From contig DASRWH010000251.1 in assembly GCA_035654715.1 (NCBI GenBank), forward strand, positions 1-44,564: a DNA stretch of 44,564 bases, in the 5' to 3' direction. Shown one piece after another: positions 8,968 through 18,136 of this stretch. The translations under genes were made by a program, and so were the position numbers. The DNA comes from Candidatus Deferrimicrobium sp. (GTDB taxonomy: Bacteria; Bacillota; Desulfitobacteriia; Desulfitobacteriales; JAJXUE01). The notes under the pieces are model-generated. The model was given only the letters and a program-made list of their open reading frames with translations, was not told the origin of the DNA and made no database searches. How positions within the stretch are numbered: position 1 is the stretch's first letter; each line of letters starts with the position of its first letter.

Positions 8968-10122
8968 TTACACATTCAACACTTGGCCACTTACCGCGTA
9001 CAACTTTACAGGTCTGCCAACAGTACCGTATTTTAATTCTGACTCCATGAAGCCGCACTTCTCCAAGTATTCGAGATAACGTCTTACCGTCACCCGTGTA
9101 AGTTTTACTCCTTCAGCAATTTCCTCTGCAGAAATGGGGGAATGAATAGTATTTAGAAAGTTTAGTATTTGCTTCAGGGTCGCTTGGTTTAGACCCTTGG
9201 GTAATTCCAGGTTTAGAATATGTTCCGTCGCTGCAAGTAGGCTACCCACTTGGCCATTCGAAATTCTTGCCTGCTGTTCTGGCCAAGGGAGAGGTTCAGA
9301 ATACTTACCTGCTGTTTTATCATCTACCCTGATGGTCACTGTTTCTATCTGTCCGGCAATTGACTCGAGTCTTTCTACCATCAAGTTAAATGCAATAGCA
9401 AGATCCCCAATTTCCTTTGGCCCGTTCACCTCAACTTTTTCGGTAATATGCCCGGTGGCCACATCCCTAGTTCCGAAAGTAATCTCCTTTAAAGGCTTGA
9501 TAATTACTCGTTGGATAAAGAACCACGTCAAAAGCCCCACTAGCAAGGTCATGCCAATGCCCAACAAGACCATCTGGACTATTGAGTCTTGAATCATCTC
9601 CCTGGCATACCCTTCGGATATCCCTACATATAACATTCCAATGATACTACCTTTTTCGTCGTGCAGGGGTTCATAGGCGGTCTGGTAAACATGTCCGACA
9701 ACTTCGGCCTCCCCTAAATATTGCTGTCCGTTTTTTAATACTCGTTGAGCCACCAAGTCTGACACTTTTGTGCCTATGGCCCTTTGGCCGTTGTTATCTC
9801 TTACGGTAGTAGCCACTCGCGTATCCACTAAAAATACAGTAACGGTGTCCCCGTTGAGCTTCGAAATTTTATCCACTAAATCATTATTATTCGATATCTG
9901 CTGATTTCCTTTGTACAGGGTACCATCTTTGACAGTCCATGTCCCGGGATACCATTGGTCGATTATCTCAGTGGCAGTAGCCAAATCGCTCTGGGCTTTT
10001 ATTATCGCAGCAGCAATCGCCCGGTCTTTCATGTGAATGCCCATGATAATAATTAAGCTGCCGGAAAGCAATATTAGTGCGCCAAGCAGCAGTAATAAGA
10101 TTTGTTGTTGTAATGAACGCAC
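8968..10122 (-). CDS. Membrane one-component regulator: TM - single-Cache sensor - TM - HAMP - linker - DcuR/CitB-type winged HTH
   Basis: There is an N-terminal TM helix, then an extracytoplasmic sCache-like block (TVFLVDTRVATTVRDNNGQRAIGT...YLGEAEVVGHVYQTAYEPL...GMLYVG) and a second TM helix. A HAMP domain follows (IIKPLKEI...IGDLAIAFNLMVERL). The C-terminal HTH (ISAEEIAEGVKLTRVTVRRYLEYLEKCGFM...YGTVGRPVKLY) resembles the output domain of CitB/DcuR regulators. I see no kinase or receiver motifs. Confidence 0.75.
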   Translation of the reverse strand: MRSLQQQILLLLLGALILLSGSLIIIMGIHMKDRAIAAAIIKAQSDLATATEIIDQWYPGTWTVKDGTLYKGNQQISNNNDLVDKISKLNGDTVTVFLVDTRVATTVRDNNGQRAIGTKVSDLVAQRVLKNGQQYLGEAEVVGHVYQTAYEPLHDEKGSIIGMLYVGISEGYAREMIQDSIVQMVLLGIGMTLLVGLLTWFFIQRVIIKPLKEITFGTRDVATGHITEKVEVNGPKEIGDLAIAFNLMVERLESIAGQIETVTIRVDDKTAGKYSEPLPWPEQQARISNGQVGSLLAATEHILNLELPKGLNQATLKQILNFLNTIHSPISAEEIAEGVKLTRVTVRRYLEYLEKCGFMESELKYGTVGRPVKLYAVSGQVLNV

Positions 10123-10330
10123 TAAAATTCAGCTCCTAGCTTGCATTTTATGATGACAGAACAAGATTTACTTGATTATTATAGCATGCACTTTCTAAAA
10201 TTGTGTGTTAAGACTAAAAATTTTGTGATTTAGTGAATGTACTCACAAGTTCGTTTATATAACTTTTATTTAGCTGATAATAATCAAAGCAATTTTTAAG
10301 TTTACGTTCAGTTTTGAAAACTATATGAGA

Positions 10331-12061
10331 CTAACTAACTAGATTCTCGAAGTTTCTCCCACCCTTTGAAAGTCTAATAAGAGCATTAACGACCTCTGTG
10401 TCATAAAGCGTTCCTTGGTTATCGGTTATTTCTTTGAGGGCTGAATCAAAGCCAATGGCTGGTCTATATGGTCGATGAGATGACATTGCTTCGACGACAT
10501 CTGCCACTGCTAAAATTTTCGCCTCAACTAACATCTCCTTACCCAGTAGCCCTTTTGGATAGCCCGTACCGTTCATTCTTTCATGATGTTGTAAGACAAT
10601 CTCAGCAATAGGATTCTTAAAGGGTATCTTCTTGACAATTTCGTAACCTACATCTGAATGCGTTTTTATGATAGCTAGTTCCATTTCTGTAAGGCGCCCG
10701 GGTTTATTTAGTATATCGGTGGGGATATAAAGTTTTCCAATATCGTGCAACGCTCCGGCAAATCTAACATTTTCAACGACTTCTTGCCCAAATCCCATTT
10801 CTTCAGCAATTGAGCACGCCAGCATAGACACCCGACTTTGATGGCCGGCAGTATAGGGGTCCCTTTTTTCTCCCACATATACTAAGGCATCTACACCTGC
10901 TTCTAATGTCCTTTTAAGGTCATAAATACTTTGTTTAAGAGCCTCTTCACTCTGCTTTCGCTCCGTGATATCTCGTACATTAACAAGGATAACATTTGCT
11001 TTACCGTATTGAATTAGAGAACCGCTCACTTCCACATCCAGAAGAGTTTTATCTTTACGTTTATATTGACGTGTAACAAAAACGTTTTCTCCATTTACCA
11101 ACCTTTGAACATACCCTTCGATATCTTCCGCATTAGCTAGCACAATATCATCTACAGTTAAAGAAGCTATTTCATCACCCGTATACCCAAGCATTTTTAG
11201 CAATTGCTTATTTGCCTCCTGGATTTGTCTGGTGTACGGGTCAAATACAAAAATACCCTCAGATGAGTTCTGTACTAACGAACGATACCTTCTTTCCGCT
11301 TCTCCTAATTCTACATTTCGTTCCTGTACAAGCCTCTCCAAGTTTTCATTGTTTTGCTTATCTAATGTAATATCCTGGACCACTTCAGTGACTGCTATTA
11401 CCTTGCCTTCTTTTACAATGGGACTTGCAATGATTTTATGGACTCTTTCTTCTCCAGCAATCCTCCGTTTGACAATGCCTTCATTTACTTGACGGTTTTT
11501 GAAAGTAGATCTAACAGGGCACTCATCACACTCTGTAATTCTATCCTCCCCAATAAATACTTCGTAACATTTATAGTTGTTTGAATCTAGTAGCTTAGGA
11601 CGCCATTTAAGCATGTGGCTGTTTGCACTAATAACTTGCATTTCGCGGTTAACTACTACCACACCTACCCCCAAACTTTCCATCACATTCTTGTATTTTT
11701 CTTCGGATAGTCTGAGAGCCTCTATGTATTCTGCCTTAAATAGTTGATTTAATTGTTCTAACTCCGCGGTACGTTGTAGCACCTTTAACTCTAAGTCATT
11801 ATTGAACTCAACCAATTGTTTTTCTATTCTTTTGCTTAGATTGAGATGTATCATCATTGGCCGATACAGGAGCACGTATAACGCTGGAGTAATTAAAATC
11901 GAAAGTATTATACTATCTAAATTACCTTCAATAAATGATGTGGAGGGATACATTACATACATTATTAGACTTTCTGTTAGAAAAATAGATAAAATCGTGA
12001 CAATTAAAAATAAATATGGGGAAGAAAAGATAGCCTGTTGATATTTCTTTTTAAGATTCAC
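10331..12061 (-). CDS. PAS/PAS sensor HD-GYP domain c-di-GMP phosphodiesterase
   Basis: N-terminal TM helices and a coiled coil are followed by two PAS-like blocks. The C-terminal HD-GYP domain carries HDIGKLYIP and HHERMNGTGYP. Confidence 0.85.
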   Translation of the reverse strand: MNLKKKYQQAIFSSPYLFLIVTILSIFLTESLIMYVMYPSTSFIEGNLDSIILSILITPALYVLLYRPMMIHLNLSKRIEKQLVEFNNDLELKVLQRTAELEQLNQLFKAEYIEALRLSEEKYKNVMESLGVGVVVVNREMQVISANSHMLKWRPKLLDSNNYKCYEVFIGEDRITECDECPVRSTFKNRQVNEGIVKRRIAGEERVHKIIASPIVKEGKVIAVTEVVQDITLDKQNNENLERLVQERNVELGEAERRYRSLVQNSSEGIFVFDPYTRQIQEANKQLLKMLGYTGDEIASLTVDDIVLANAEDIEGYVQRLVNGENVFVTRQYKRKDKTLLDVEVSGSLIQYGKANVILVNVRDITERKQSEEALKQSIYDLKRTLEAGVDALVYVGEKRDPYTAGHQSRVSMLACSIAEEMGFGQEVVENVRFAGALHDIGKLYIPTDILNKPGRLTEMELAIIKTHSDVGYEIVKKIPFKNPIAEIVLQHHERMNGTGYPKGLLGKEMLVEAKILAVADVVEAMSSHRPYRPAIGFDSALKEITDNQGTLYDTEVVNALIRLSKGGRNFENLVS

Positions 12062-12188
12062 CTGTTAATTTCCTCCCGCTACCACCGTACTTTGTAAATA
12101 TTACATATTTTTATGCTTTTTCGACAGAGTATTCTGAATTCCTTTCTGAATTATCTGAAATTTTAAAAATACAATATACATTTTCCAG

Positions 12189-12217
12189 TTGACAGTGCTA
12201 CTTTACCTTGTTAATAT
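12189..12217 (+). promoter_or_regulatory. SigA-type promoter for the lysine-riboswitch leader
   Basis: TTGACA (12189-12194), a 17-nt spacer, then TAATAT (12212-12217), about 40 nt upstream of riboswitch P1. Confidence 0.6.
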
Positions 12218-12257
12218 ATCGAAGGGTTGAGAATTACATCACAAGTTAAATATTTGT

Positions 12258-12430
12258 CAGCTGATTAGAGGCGCGGTTTCTTATTAGTAAGTTTATCCCG
12301 ATTAGGGCAACAGGGGTAAACGAAAGGAAGAATCGCCGAAGCATATAGCCACGCCCGCGGATATATGCTGGGCCTGTATCGAATAGGTACAGGACTGTTA
12401 CAAATGCTTTTTGTAGAGTGCTATCAGCTG
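12258..12430 (+). promoter_or_regulatory. Lysine riboswitch (L-box) aptamer
   Basis: The P1 helix is CAGCTGAT (12258-12265) paired with ATCAGCTG (12423-12430). Conserved L-box elements are present: AGAGGCGC, GAAAGGAAGAATCGCCGAAGCA, TGCTGG, GGACTGTTA, GAGTGCTATC (compared from memory with the B. subtilis lysC leader). Confidence 0.85.
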
Positions 12431-12460
12431 CTTTCAAGTTTTTTCACTATGTTTGGTAAA

Positions 12461-12497
12461 ACCTTGGGGCAGTTTCTTGCCCCAGGTTTTTTTGTTT
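12461..12497 (+). terminator. Intrinsic terminator (expression platform of the lysine riboswitch)
   Basis: CCTTGGGGC-AGTTTCTT-GCCCCAGG followed by TTTTTTTGTTTT, immediately before the permease RBS. Confidence 0.8.
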
Positions 12498-12528
12498 TCA
12501 ACTTAGACATTAAATGGGGGACAAAAAA

Positions 12529-13929
12529 ATGAACAACAAAAAACTCGGTTTCTGGCTGTTAACAGCACTTGTCGCAGGTAACATGGTGGGTTCTGCCATC
12601 TTCATGCTACCGCAATCCTTATCCCAAGTTGGGACCCCAGCCGGGGTACTTCTGGCCTGGGGGTTTACTGGCCTGGGAGTATTGATGCTGGCACATGTTT
12701 TCGGACAATTGGCTGAGAGAAAACCGGATGTAATTGGTGGTCCACCTAGCTACGCTAGGGAATTATTCAATGGGAAGTCGAAAACCGGTCAGGTTTCAGG
12801 CTTTCTAACCTCTTGGGGCTACTGGACTTCGAACTCTCCCGGCAATGCCGCCGTACTCACAACATTAATTGGGTACCTGACCTATTTTCTCCCTGTTCTG
12901 CACAGCAAAGAGGTACTGTTTAGTATTGGATCGTTTGACTTAAAAACAGGCAATCTGTTGACCTTTTTAATCTCTTCTGCGGTACTCTGGAGTATCCACT
13001 TTCTGATGTTTAGAGGCACTTACTCAACTGGCAAGATTAACTTTGTCGCTACAGTGGCCAAGGTACTTGGCTTCATATTCTTTATCGTCATAGTGCTGAG
13101 CGTTTTCGAAACCAAATTCCTGCATCCCTTTGCAGGCACGAAAGTCCTGAGTACAGGTGAATCCATCGGACTTGTTGACCAAATGAACAAAGGTGCGCTG
13201 CTTACTCTCTGGGCCTTTGTGGGAATCGAATCTGCTGTTTTTCTTTCCGGGCGTGCCAAAAACCAAAAGGATGTCAAGTGGGCAACCCTGGCTGGTTTAC
13301 TGATTAGCTTGGCTATCTACTTGCTGGTAACTTTCTTTACCATGGGAGCACTCCCTCAACAAGAATTAATGCAAACCGATAAACCCTTAGTTGATGTTCT
13401 GACCCACATTATCGGTGATAATGGATCGATGATTATGGCCTTCCTGGGTGTAATGTCCATGGTTGGCGCCTCCATCGGCTGGATTATGCTAAGCGGCGAG
13501 GTTCCCTACCAATCCGCAAAACAAAATCTCTTCCCCCACTGGTTTATGGGAGAAAATAAAAACGGTGCTCCCGTAAATGCCCTGTGGATAACCAACGGCC
13601 TTACCCAAATCTTCTTAATTTCTACCCTCTCCGAGACAATTTCCGGTTCCTTTAATATGTTAATTACCATTGCTACCTTGGCCACCTTGGTTCCCTATTT
13701 ACTATCCGCCCTCTATTCCTTGAAGGTTGTGCTTAAAGGGGAGAATTATCGTTCAACTGATAAACCAATACGCTCCTTTGACGGGTTCTTAGCTTTATTG
13801 GCTACTCTCTACTCCGTATGGGTCATCAAGTCCGGTCTAGGGGATCTGAAAACCTTTGGTCTGGGTATGCTGCTCATCTTCTCCGGCATTGTATTGGCTC
13901 CTTGGCTACCAAAACACAAGCAGCAGTAG
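12529..13929 (+). CDS. APC-superfamily basic amino acid permease/antiporter (ArcD/YvsH-like), lysine-riboswitch controlled
   Basis: About 12 TM helices, with the N-terminal motif LLTALVAGNMVGSAIFMLPQ typical of the arginine/ornithine-antiporter-like family. I prefer ATG 12529 (GGGGGA RBS 6 nt upstream) over ATG 12514. Confidence 0.8.
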   Translation: MNNKKLGFWLLTALVAGNMVGSAIFMLPQSLSQVGTPAGVLLAWGFTGLGVLMLAHVFGQLAERKPDVIGGPPSYARELFNGKSKTGQVSGFLTSWGYWTSNSPGNAAVLTTLIGYLTYFLPVLHSKEVLFSIGSFDLKTGNLLTFLISSAVLWSIHFLMFRGTYSTGKINFVATVAKVLGFIFFIVIVLSVFETKFLHPFAGTKVLSTGESIGLVDQMNKGALLTLWAFVGIESAVFLSGRAKNQKDVKWATLAGLLISLAIYLLVTFFTMGALPQQELMQTDKPLVDVLTHIIGDNGSMIMAFLGVMSMVGASIGWIMLSGEVPYQSAKQNLFPHWFMGENKNGAPVNALWITNGLTQIFLISTLSETISGSFNMLITIATLATLVPYLLSALYSLKVVLKGENYRSTDKPIRSFDGFLALLATLYSVWVIKSGLGDLKTFGLGMLLIFSGIVLAPWLPKHKQQ

Positions 13930-13944
13930 TCACAAATGTCTTAA

Positions 13945-13989
13945 ATACAAGTAAGAGGCACCCATCAAGGGTGCCTCTTACTTGTATTA
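13945..13989. terminator. Bidirectional terminator between the convergent permease and cvfB-like genes
   Basis: The perfect palindrome AATACAAGTAAGAGGCACCC-ATCA-AGGGTGCCTCTTACTTGTATT spans about 20 bp per arm. Confidence 0.8.
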
Positions 13990-14047
13990 TCATCTTTTAG
14001 CTTTTGTTCGGTTCTCATCTCTGTTTGTTAGGTATTGTTTCCTAAAC

Positions 14048-14893
14048 CTATTGTGTGTCTGAAAGTTTAATACTTGTATCTGTCTTGACAACTCTCTTTT
14101 CCTTTAACAAGCGACCGATGGCTCTTTTAAAGGATGCTTTACTCATATGAAATGCTTTTTCTATATCTTCGGGTCTTGCCTTTTCATCTAGGGGCAAGAC
14201 CCCTTGATTTTCAGCCATTACCTTGAGGAGGGTTTCAGCATCCACATCCATCTGCAAATATGCAGCCTCTCTCGGGGAAAGATCTAGCTTGCCATCTTCT
14301 CTTACCCGGATAACCCTAGCCTCCACCTGATCTCCAGGCTTAAGTTGTTTAAATAGCTCACTTTTAGGGATGAGACCCTTGTACTTATTATCTACTGCTA
14401 CAAAAGCTCCAAACTCAGACTTGATCATGTAGACAGTTCCTGTTACTTTGTCTTCTTTTTGATACGGAGCATCGCAGGTCAAATGTTCGTAAATATCGGT
14501 TGTACAGCTCAGTCTCCCGCTCTTATCCAAGTATACGTAAACAAGATAGCTTTTACCTATTTCGAGGGGGAACTTTTGCTCAATAAAGGGCAAAAACAAG
14601 CCTCTCTCTAGGCCAAAATTTAAGAATGCTCCAATCGGGGTCTTTGCCGTAACTTTTAGGTAGGCCAAATCCCCAACAGCGGCCAAAGGTTTTCTAATGG
14701 TGGCTATTAGCCTATCCTCGGAGTCCCGATAGATGAATACATCTAAGTAATCTCCTTCGTTGGCATCGTCCGGTAGTTGTTTTTCCGGTAATAGTACATT
14801 ATCACTCCGATTACCGGTACCAGCATCTAGATATGCACCAAAGGATGTAAAATTAGATATTTTGAGATGGTGAAATTGTCCAACCTGGATGAT
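14048..14893 (-). CDS. S1 RNA-binding domain protein, CvfB/YitL family
   Basis: Repeated S1-like barrels and a C-terminal wHTH-like tail (KASFKRAIGRLLKEKRV). The reading frame is open up to a TAG at 14920-14918 and encodes a conserved-looking first S1 domain upstream of the tracked start. No ATG, GTG or TTG is available near the RBS, so the start coordinate is uncertain. Confidence 0.7.
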   Translation of the reverse strand: MIQVGQFHHLKISNFTSFGAYLDAGTGNRSDNVLLPEKQLPDDANEGDYLDVFIYRDSEDRLIATIRKPLAAVGDLAYLKVTAKTPIGAFLNFGLERGLFLPFIEQKFPLEIGKSYLVYVYLDKSGRLSCTTDIYEHLTCDAPYQKEDKVTGTVYMIKSEFGAFVAVDNKYKGLIPKSELFKQLKPGDQVEARVIRVREDGKLDLSPREAAYLQMDVDAETLLKVMAENQGVLPLDEKARPEDIEKAFHMSKASFKRAIGRLLKEKRVVKTDTSIKLSDTQ

Positions 14894-15089
14894 ATTAAAT
14901 CCCCCTTTAATAGATAACTAACCTATGTATATTTTTCCAACTTATCTTTCAGATTATAACATAATATTTCATTCACCTTAAGAGAACGATGCTATTGGTT
15001 AAAGTCGCTAGCGAAAACTTTCTCTAATAACTAGGAAGGAATAGTGGAAATTATTGTCGAAGGTAGTAAATTAAATCCAGGAAGCGGGA

Positions 15090-15800
15090 GTGTGGTGGAG
15101 ATTGAAACGGCTAATTATCAGGTTTTTCCCCTTTCTTGTCGTTGCAATTAACCTTACAATATGGGTTTGTGCCTATCTACTAGACAAATTCACAAACCTT
15201 CCAGAAGAGGTAGTATGGTTACCTTTTGCTTTCATACAAGGTTTGGTTGGTTTTACTTTCGGCGTTTTAGTTAAACGGTTACATAAAGGAGTTTATCAGG
15301 ACGAATTAACTGGTTTGAAGAATAGGAGATACTTTTTCAGCAAACTTAAGGAAGAAATTGAGAGAGTTAATCGAACTAAGTCTCCTGTATCTTTGGTTTT
15401 AATTGATGTGGATGATTTCAAACTCGTTAACGATAGATATGGACATACAGAAGGGGATAAAGTACTAATAAGCCTTGCCAAAATACTAAAACAACATTCC
15501 CGGACTATCGACACTCCCGCAAGGTGGGGGGGAGAAGAATTTGCTATTATTCTTCCCGAAACAACTAAAAACGGGGCAATGGTGTTTGCCGAGAGGTTAA
15601 GGGGTACGGTCGAACAATATAAGTTCTCTTGTAAGATAACGATTAGCGTTGGCGTAGCAACTTCAAATTCGCATGTTGGTATTAACGATTTCACAATGAT
15701 GGCTGACAAAGCCTTATACCAAGCAAAAGAACAAAAGAATACAATAGTAGCCTACGAACCAAGGAAACCAGAAAATACCCTTAAGGTAATGGTAGGGTAA
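15090..15800 (+). CDS. Membrane-anchored GGDEF diguanylate cyclase
   Basis: Two N-terminal TM helices precede a GGDEF domain with RWGGEEFAI and an upstream RxxD-like site. The start codon is GTG. Confidence 0.85.
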   Translation: MWWRLKRLIIRFFPFLVVAINLTIWVCAYLLDKFTNLPEEVVWLPFAFIQGLVGFTFGVLVKRLHKGVYQDELTGLKNRRYFFSKLKEEIERVNRTKSPVSLVLIDVDDFKLVNDRYGHTEGDKVLISLAKILKQHSRTIDTPARWGGEEFAIILPETTKNGAMVFAERLRGTVEQYKFSCKITISVGVATSNSHVGINDFTMMADKALYQAKEQKNTIVAYEPRKPENTLKVMVG

Positions 15801-15823
15801 AAACTGATTAACAAGTACGTGAA

Positions 15824-15849
15824 AAAAGAGAGCCACACGGCTCTCTTTT
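15824..15849. terminator. Bidirectional terminator between GGDEF gene and guaA
   Basis: AAAAGAGAGCC-ACAC-GGCTCTCTTTT. Confidence 0.75.
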
Positions 15850-15862
15850 CTATTTTGTTCCC

Positions 15863-17395
15863 TTACTCCCACTCAATGGTGCCAGGTGGCTTGGAGGTAA
15901 TGTCATACACAACCCGATTTACTCCCCGGACTTCATTGACTAGCCTACCTGAGATCTTCTCAAGCAATTCGTAGGGAAGTCTAGCCCAGTCTGCTGTCAT
16001 GGCGTCATCACTACTTACAGCACGAATTACGATTGGATAAGCGTAGGTACGCTCGTCCCCCATAACTCCTACGGTCTGGATACTAGGTAATACCGCAAAG
16101 GACTGCCAGATTTCACGATATAAACCAGCTTTTCTGATTTCATCCAGAAGGATAGCATCGGCTTCCCTTAAGATGTCCAACTTTTCCACGGTAATATCCC
16201 CGATGATTCTGATAGCCAGACCAGGGCCAGGGAAAGGCTGTCTCCAAACCACATCTTCCGGTAACCCAAGTTCCAACCCGGCAGCGCGGACTTCATCTTT
16301 AAAGAGTAAACGCAAGGGTTCGATCAATTGAAACTGCATATCTTCCGGCAGACCGCCCACATTATGGTGGGTTTTAATTGTTGCAGCGGTGTCAGTACCA
16401 CTTTCTACAATGTCAGGATACAGTGTGCCTTGAACTAAGAAGTCTATCTGTCCTAATTTCTTGGCCTCATCCTCGAAGAGGCGAATAAACTCATTGCCAA
16501 TAATCTTTCGCTTTGCTTCTGGCTCTGATACCCCTGCGATCTTGTTCATAAATCTTTCACGAGCATCTACGAAATCTAGATTCATATTAAAAATACCGGT
16601 AAAGGTCTTTTTAACTTGTTCCGCCTCACCTTTGCGCATAAAGCCGTGGTCTACAAACATACACGTTAACTGATCTCCAATGGCCCTATGCACGAGAACA
16701 GCCGCAACGGAAGAATCCACTCCGCCGCTCAGAGCACAGAGAACTTTCTTATCTCCGACTTGTTTACGAATAATATCGACTTGCTCGTCAATAAAGGAGC
16801 CCATGGTCCATTCAGCGGAGCACCCGCACACGTCGTAGAGGAAGCTCTCTAGCATGGTTTGCCCTTCGGGAGTATGCTTAACTTCCGGGTGAAACTGAAC
16901 TGCATAAAAGTTGCGTTCAAGATTGGCCACCGCGGCCCAGGGGGTGTGGCTGGTATACCCAGTTACTTCAAAGCCTGGGGGTAATTGCTCTACAGAATCA
17001 CCGTGGCTCATCCAAACCTGTATTTCTTGGTTTAAACCTTTGAATACTCCTTCGGACGACTTAACCTGCATCATAGTCTTGCCATATTCCCGCACCCCTG
17101 CACTAGACACCTTACCGCCTAATTGAAGGGTCATTAATTGCATGCCGTAACAAATTCCTAAGATGGGAATACCTAAATCATAAATCGCTGGATCGCAGTG
17201 AGGAGCATCTTCTCCGTAAACACTACAAGGACCTCCAGAGAATATTATGCCTTTAGGGTTCATCTCCTTCAGCTTGTCCAAGGAAATATTGTATGGAACC
17301 ATTTCCGAATAAACCTTTGCTTCTCTTACGCGGCGGGCAATCAATTGGTTGTACTGACCACCGAAGTCGAGGACCACAACTAGTTCGTGCTTCAT
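15863..17395 (-). CDS. guaA: GMP synthase (glutamine-hydrolysing)
   Basis: 510 aa. It has a class-I amidotransferase domain (GICYGMQ), an ATP-PPase SGGVDSS motif, and the canonical C-terminus PPGTIEWE. Confidence 0.97.
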   Translation of the reverse strand: MKHELVVVLDFGGQYNQLIARRVREAKVYSEMVPYNISLDKLKEMNPKGIIFSGGPCSVYGEDAPHCDPAIYDLGIPILGICYGMQLMTLQLGGKVSSAGVREYGKTMMQVKSSEGVFKGLNQEIQVWMSHGDSVEQLPPGFEVTGYTSHTPWAAVANLERNFYAVQFHPEVKHTPEGQTMLESFLYDVCGCSAEWTMGSFIDEQVDIIRKQVGDKKVLCALSGGVDSSVAAVLVHRAIGDQLTCMFVDHGFMRKGEAEQVKKTFTGIFNMNLDFVDARERFMNKIAGVSEPEAKRKIIGNEFIRLFEDEAKKLGQIDFLVQGTLYPDIVESGTDTAATIKTHHNVGGLPEDMQFQLIEPLRLLFKDEVRAAGLELGLPEDVVWRQPFPGPGLAIRIIGDITVEKLDILREADAILLDEIRKAGLYREIWQSFAVLPSIQTVGVMGDERTYAYPIVIRAVSSDDAMTADWARLPYELLEKISGRLVNEVRGVNRVVYDITSKPPGTIEWE

Positions 17396-17470
17396 ACCAT
17401 AACGTCCTTTCTTATGTGTCTGTATAGTTTATGTAAATTGCAAGCTATCAACACGTATTTAACCATTATA

Positions 17471-17507
17471 ATAAAAGAGCCTTGAGAAGTGCAACCCCTC
17501 ATGGCTC
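17471..17507 (-). terminator. Terminator after hpt
   Basis: A 10-bp stem (GAGCCATGAG / CTCAAGGCTC, one mismatch) is followed by UUUUAU on the minus strand. Confidence 0.6.
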
Positions 17508-17521
17508 CTAATTTTTTTATC

Positions 17522-18061
17522 CTAGCTTGTATATGTTTCTGGTTTTAAAATTCCGATATATGGCAGGTGGCGGAAACGCTCATTGTAGTCCAGTCCATAC
17601 CCTACCACAAATTCATCCGGAATCGTAAAGCCATTATAGTCAGCTTTCACATCAGCCTTACGGCGACTTGGTTTATCCAGCAAAGTACAAACCTTCACAC
17701 TAAGAGGATTTCTGGAGCGTAAATTTTCTAACAAATATTTCAAGGTAAGTCCGGTGTCGATAATGTCTTCAACTATCAGTATGTGATACGCTTCAACACT
17801 TCTTTCTAAGTCCTTCATAATTCTTACTACTCCGGAGGACTCAGTAGATATTCCATAACTGGAGACCGCCATAAAGTCAAAGCTATGGGGAGTCTTGATT
17901 TCCCTTACCAAATCACTCATGAAGATTACTGCACCTTTTAAGATGCCGATGACCAAGAGGTTTTGTCCGGTGTAATCCTGGGTAATCTTTTCGCCCAGTT
18001 CCCTAACCTTGGCTCTAATCTCTTCTTCAGTAAGTAATATTTTAGCAATTGCTGATTCCAT
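17522..18061 (-). CDS. hpt: Hypoxanthine-guanine phosphoribosyltransferase
   Basis: 179 aa with the PRPP-binding motif [14 protein letters not shown] and typical Hpt N-terminal and C-terminal blocks. Confidence 0.95.
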   Translation of the reverse strand: MESAIAKILLTEEEIRAKVRELGEKITQDYTGQNLLVIGILKGAVIFMSDLVREIKTPHSFDFMAVSSYGISTESSGVVRIMKDLERSVEAYHILIVEDIIDTGLTLKYLLENLRSRNPLSVKVCTLLDKPSRRKADVKADYNGFTIPDEFVVGYGLDYNERFRHLPYIGILKPETYTS

Positions 18062-18136
18062 ATTAGTATCCCTCCCGGAGCATTATACCAACCAATACGT
18101 ACATTGTCAAAGACATATCGGCTTTTCGTTCGTATT

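Noticed and set aside
12246-12437. 63-aa ORF on the minus strand.
   Set aside because: It lies wholly within the plus-strand lysine riboswitch aptamer, has no RBS and has odd composition. I treat it as a spurious ORF.
17396-17521. Possible purine (guanine) riboswitch in the guaA leader.
   Set aside because: The leader has a TATAAT-like box, but I could not find the conserved purine-aptamer junction and loop sequences (such as UAUAAU...GGAUAUGG...CCGUAAA...ACUA) or a three-helix junction.
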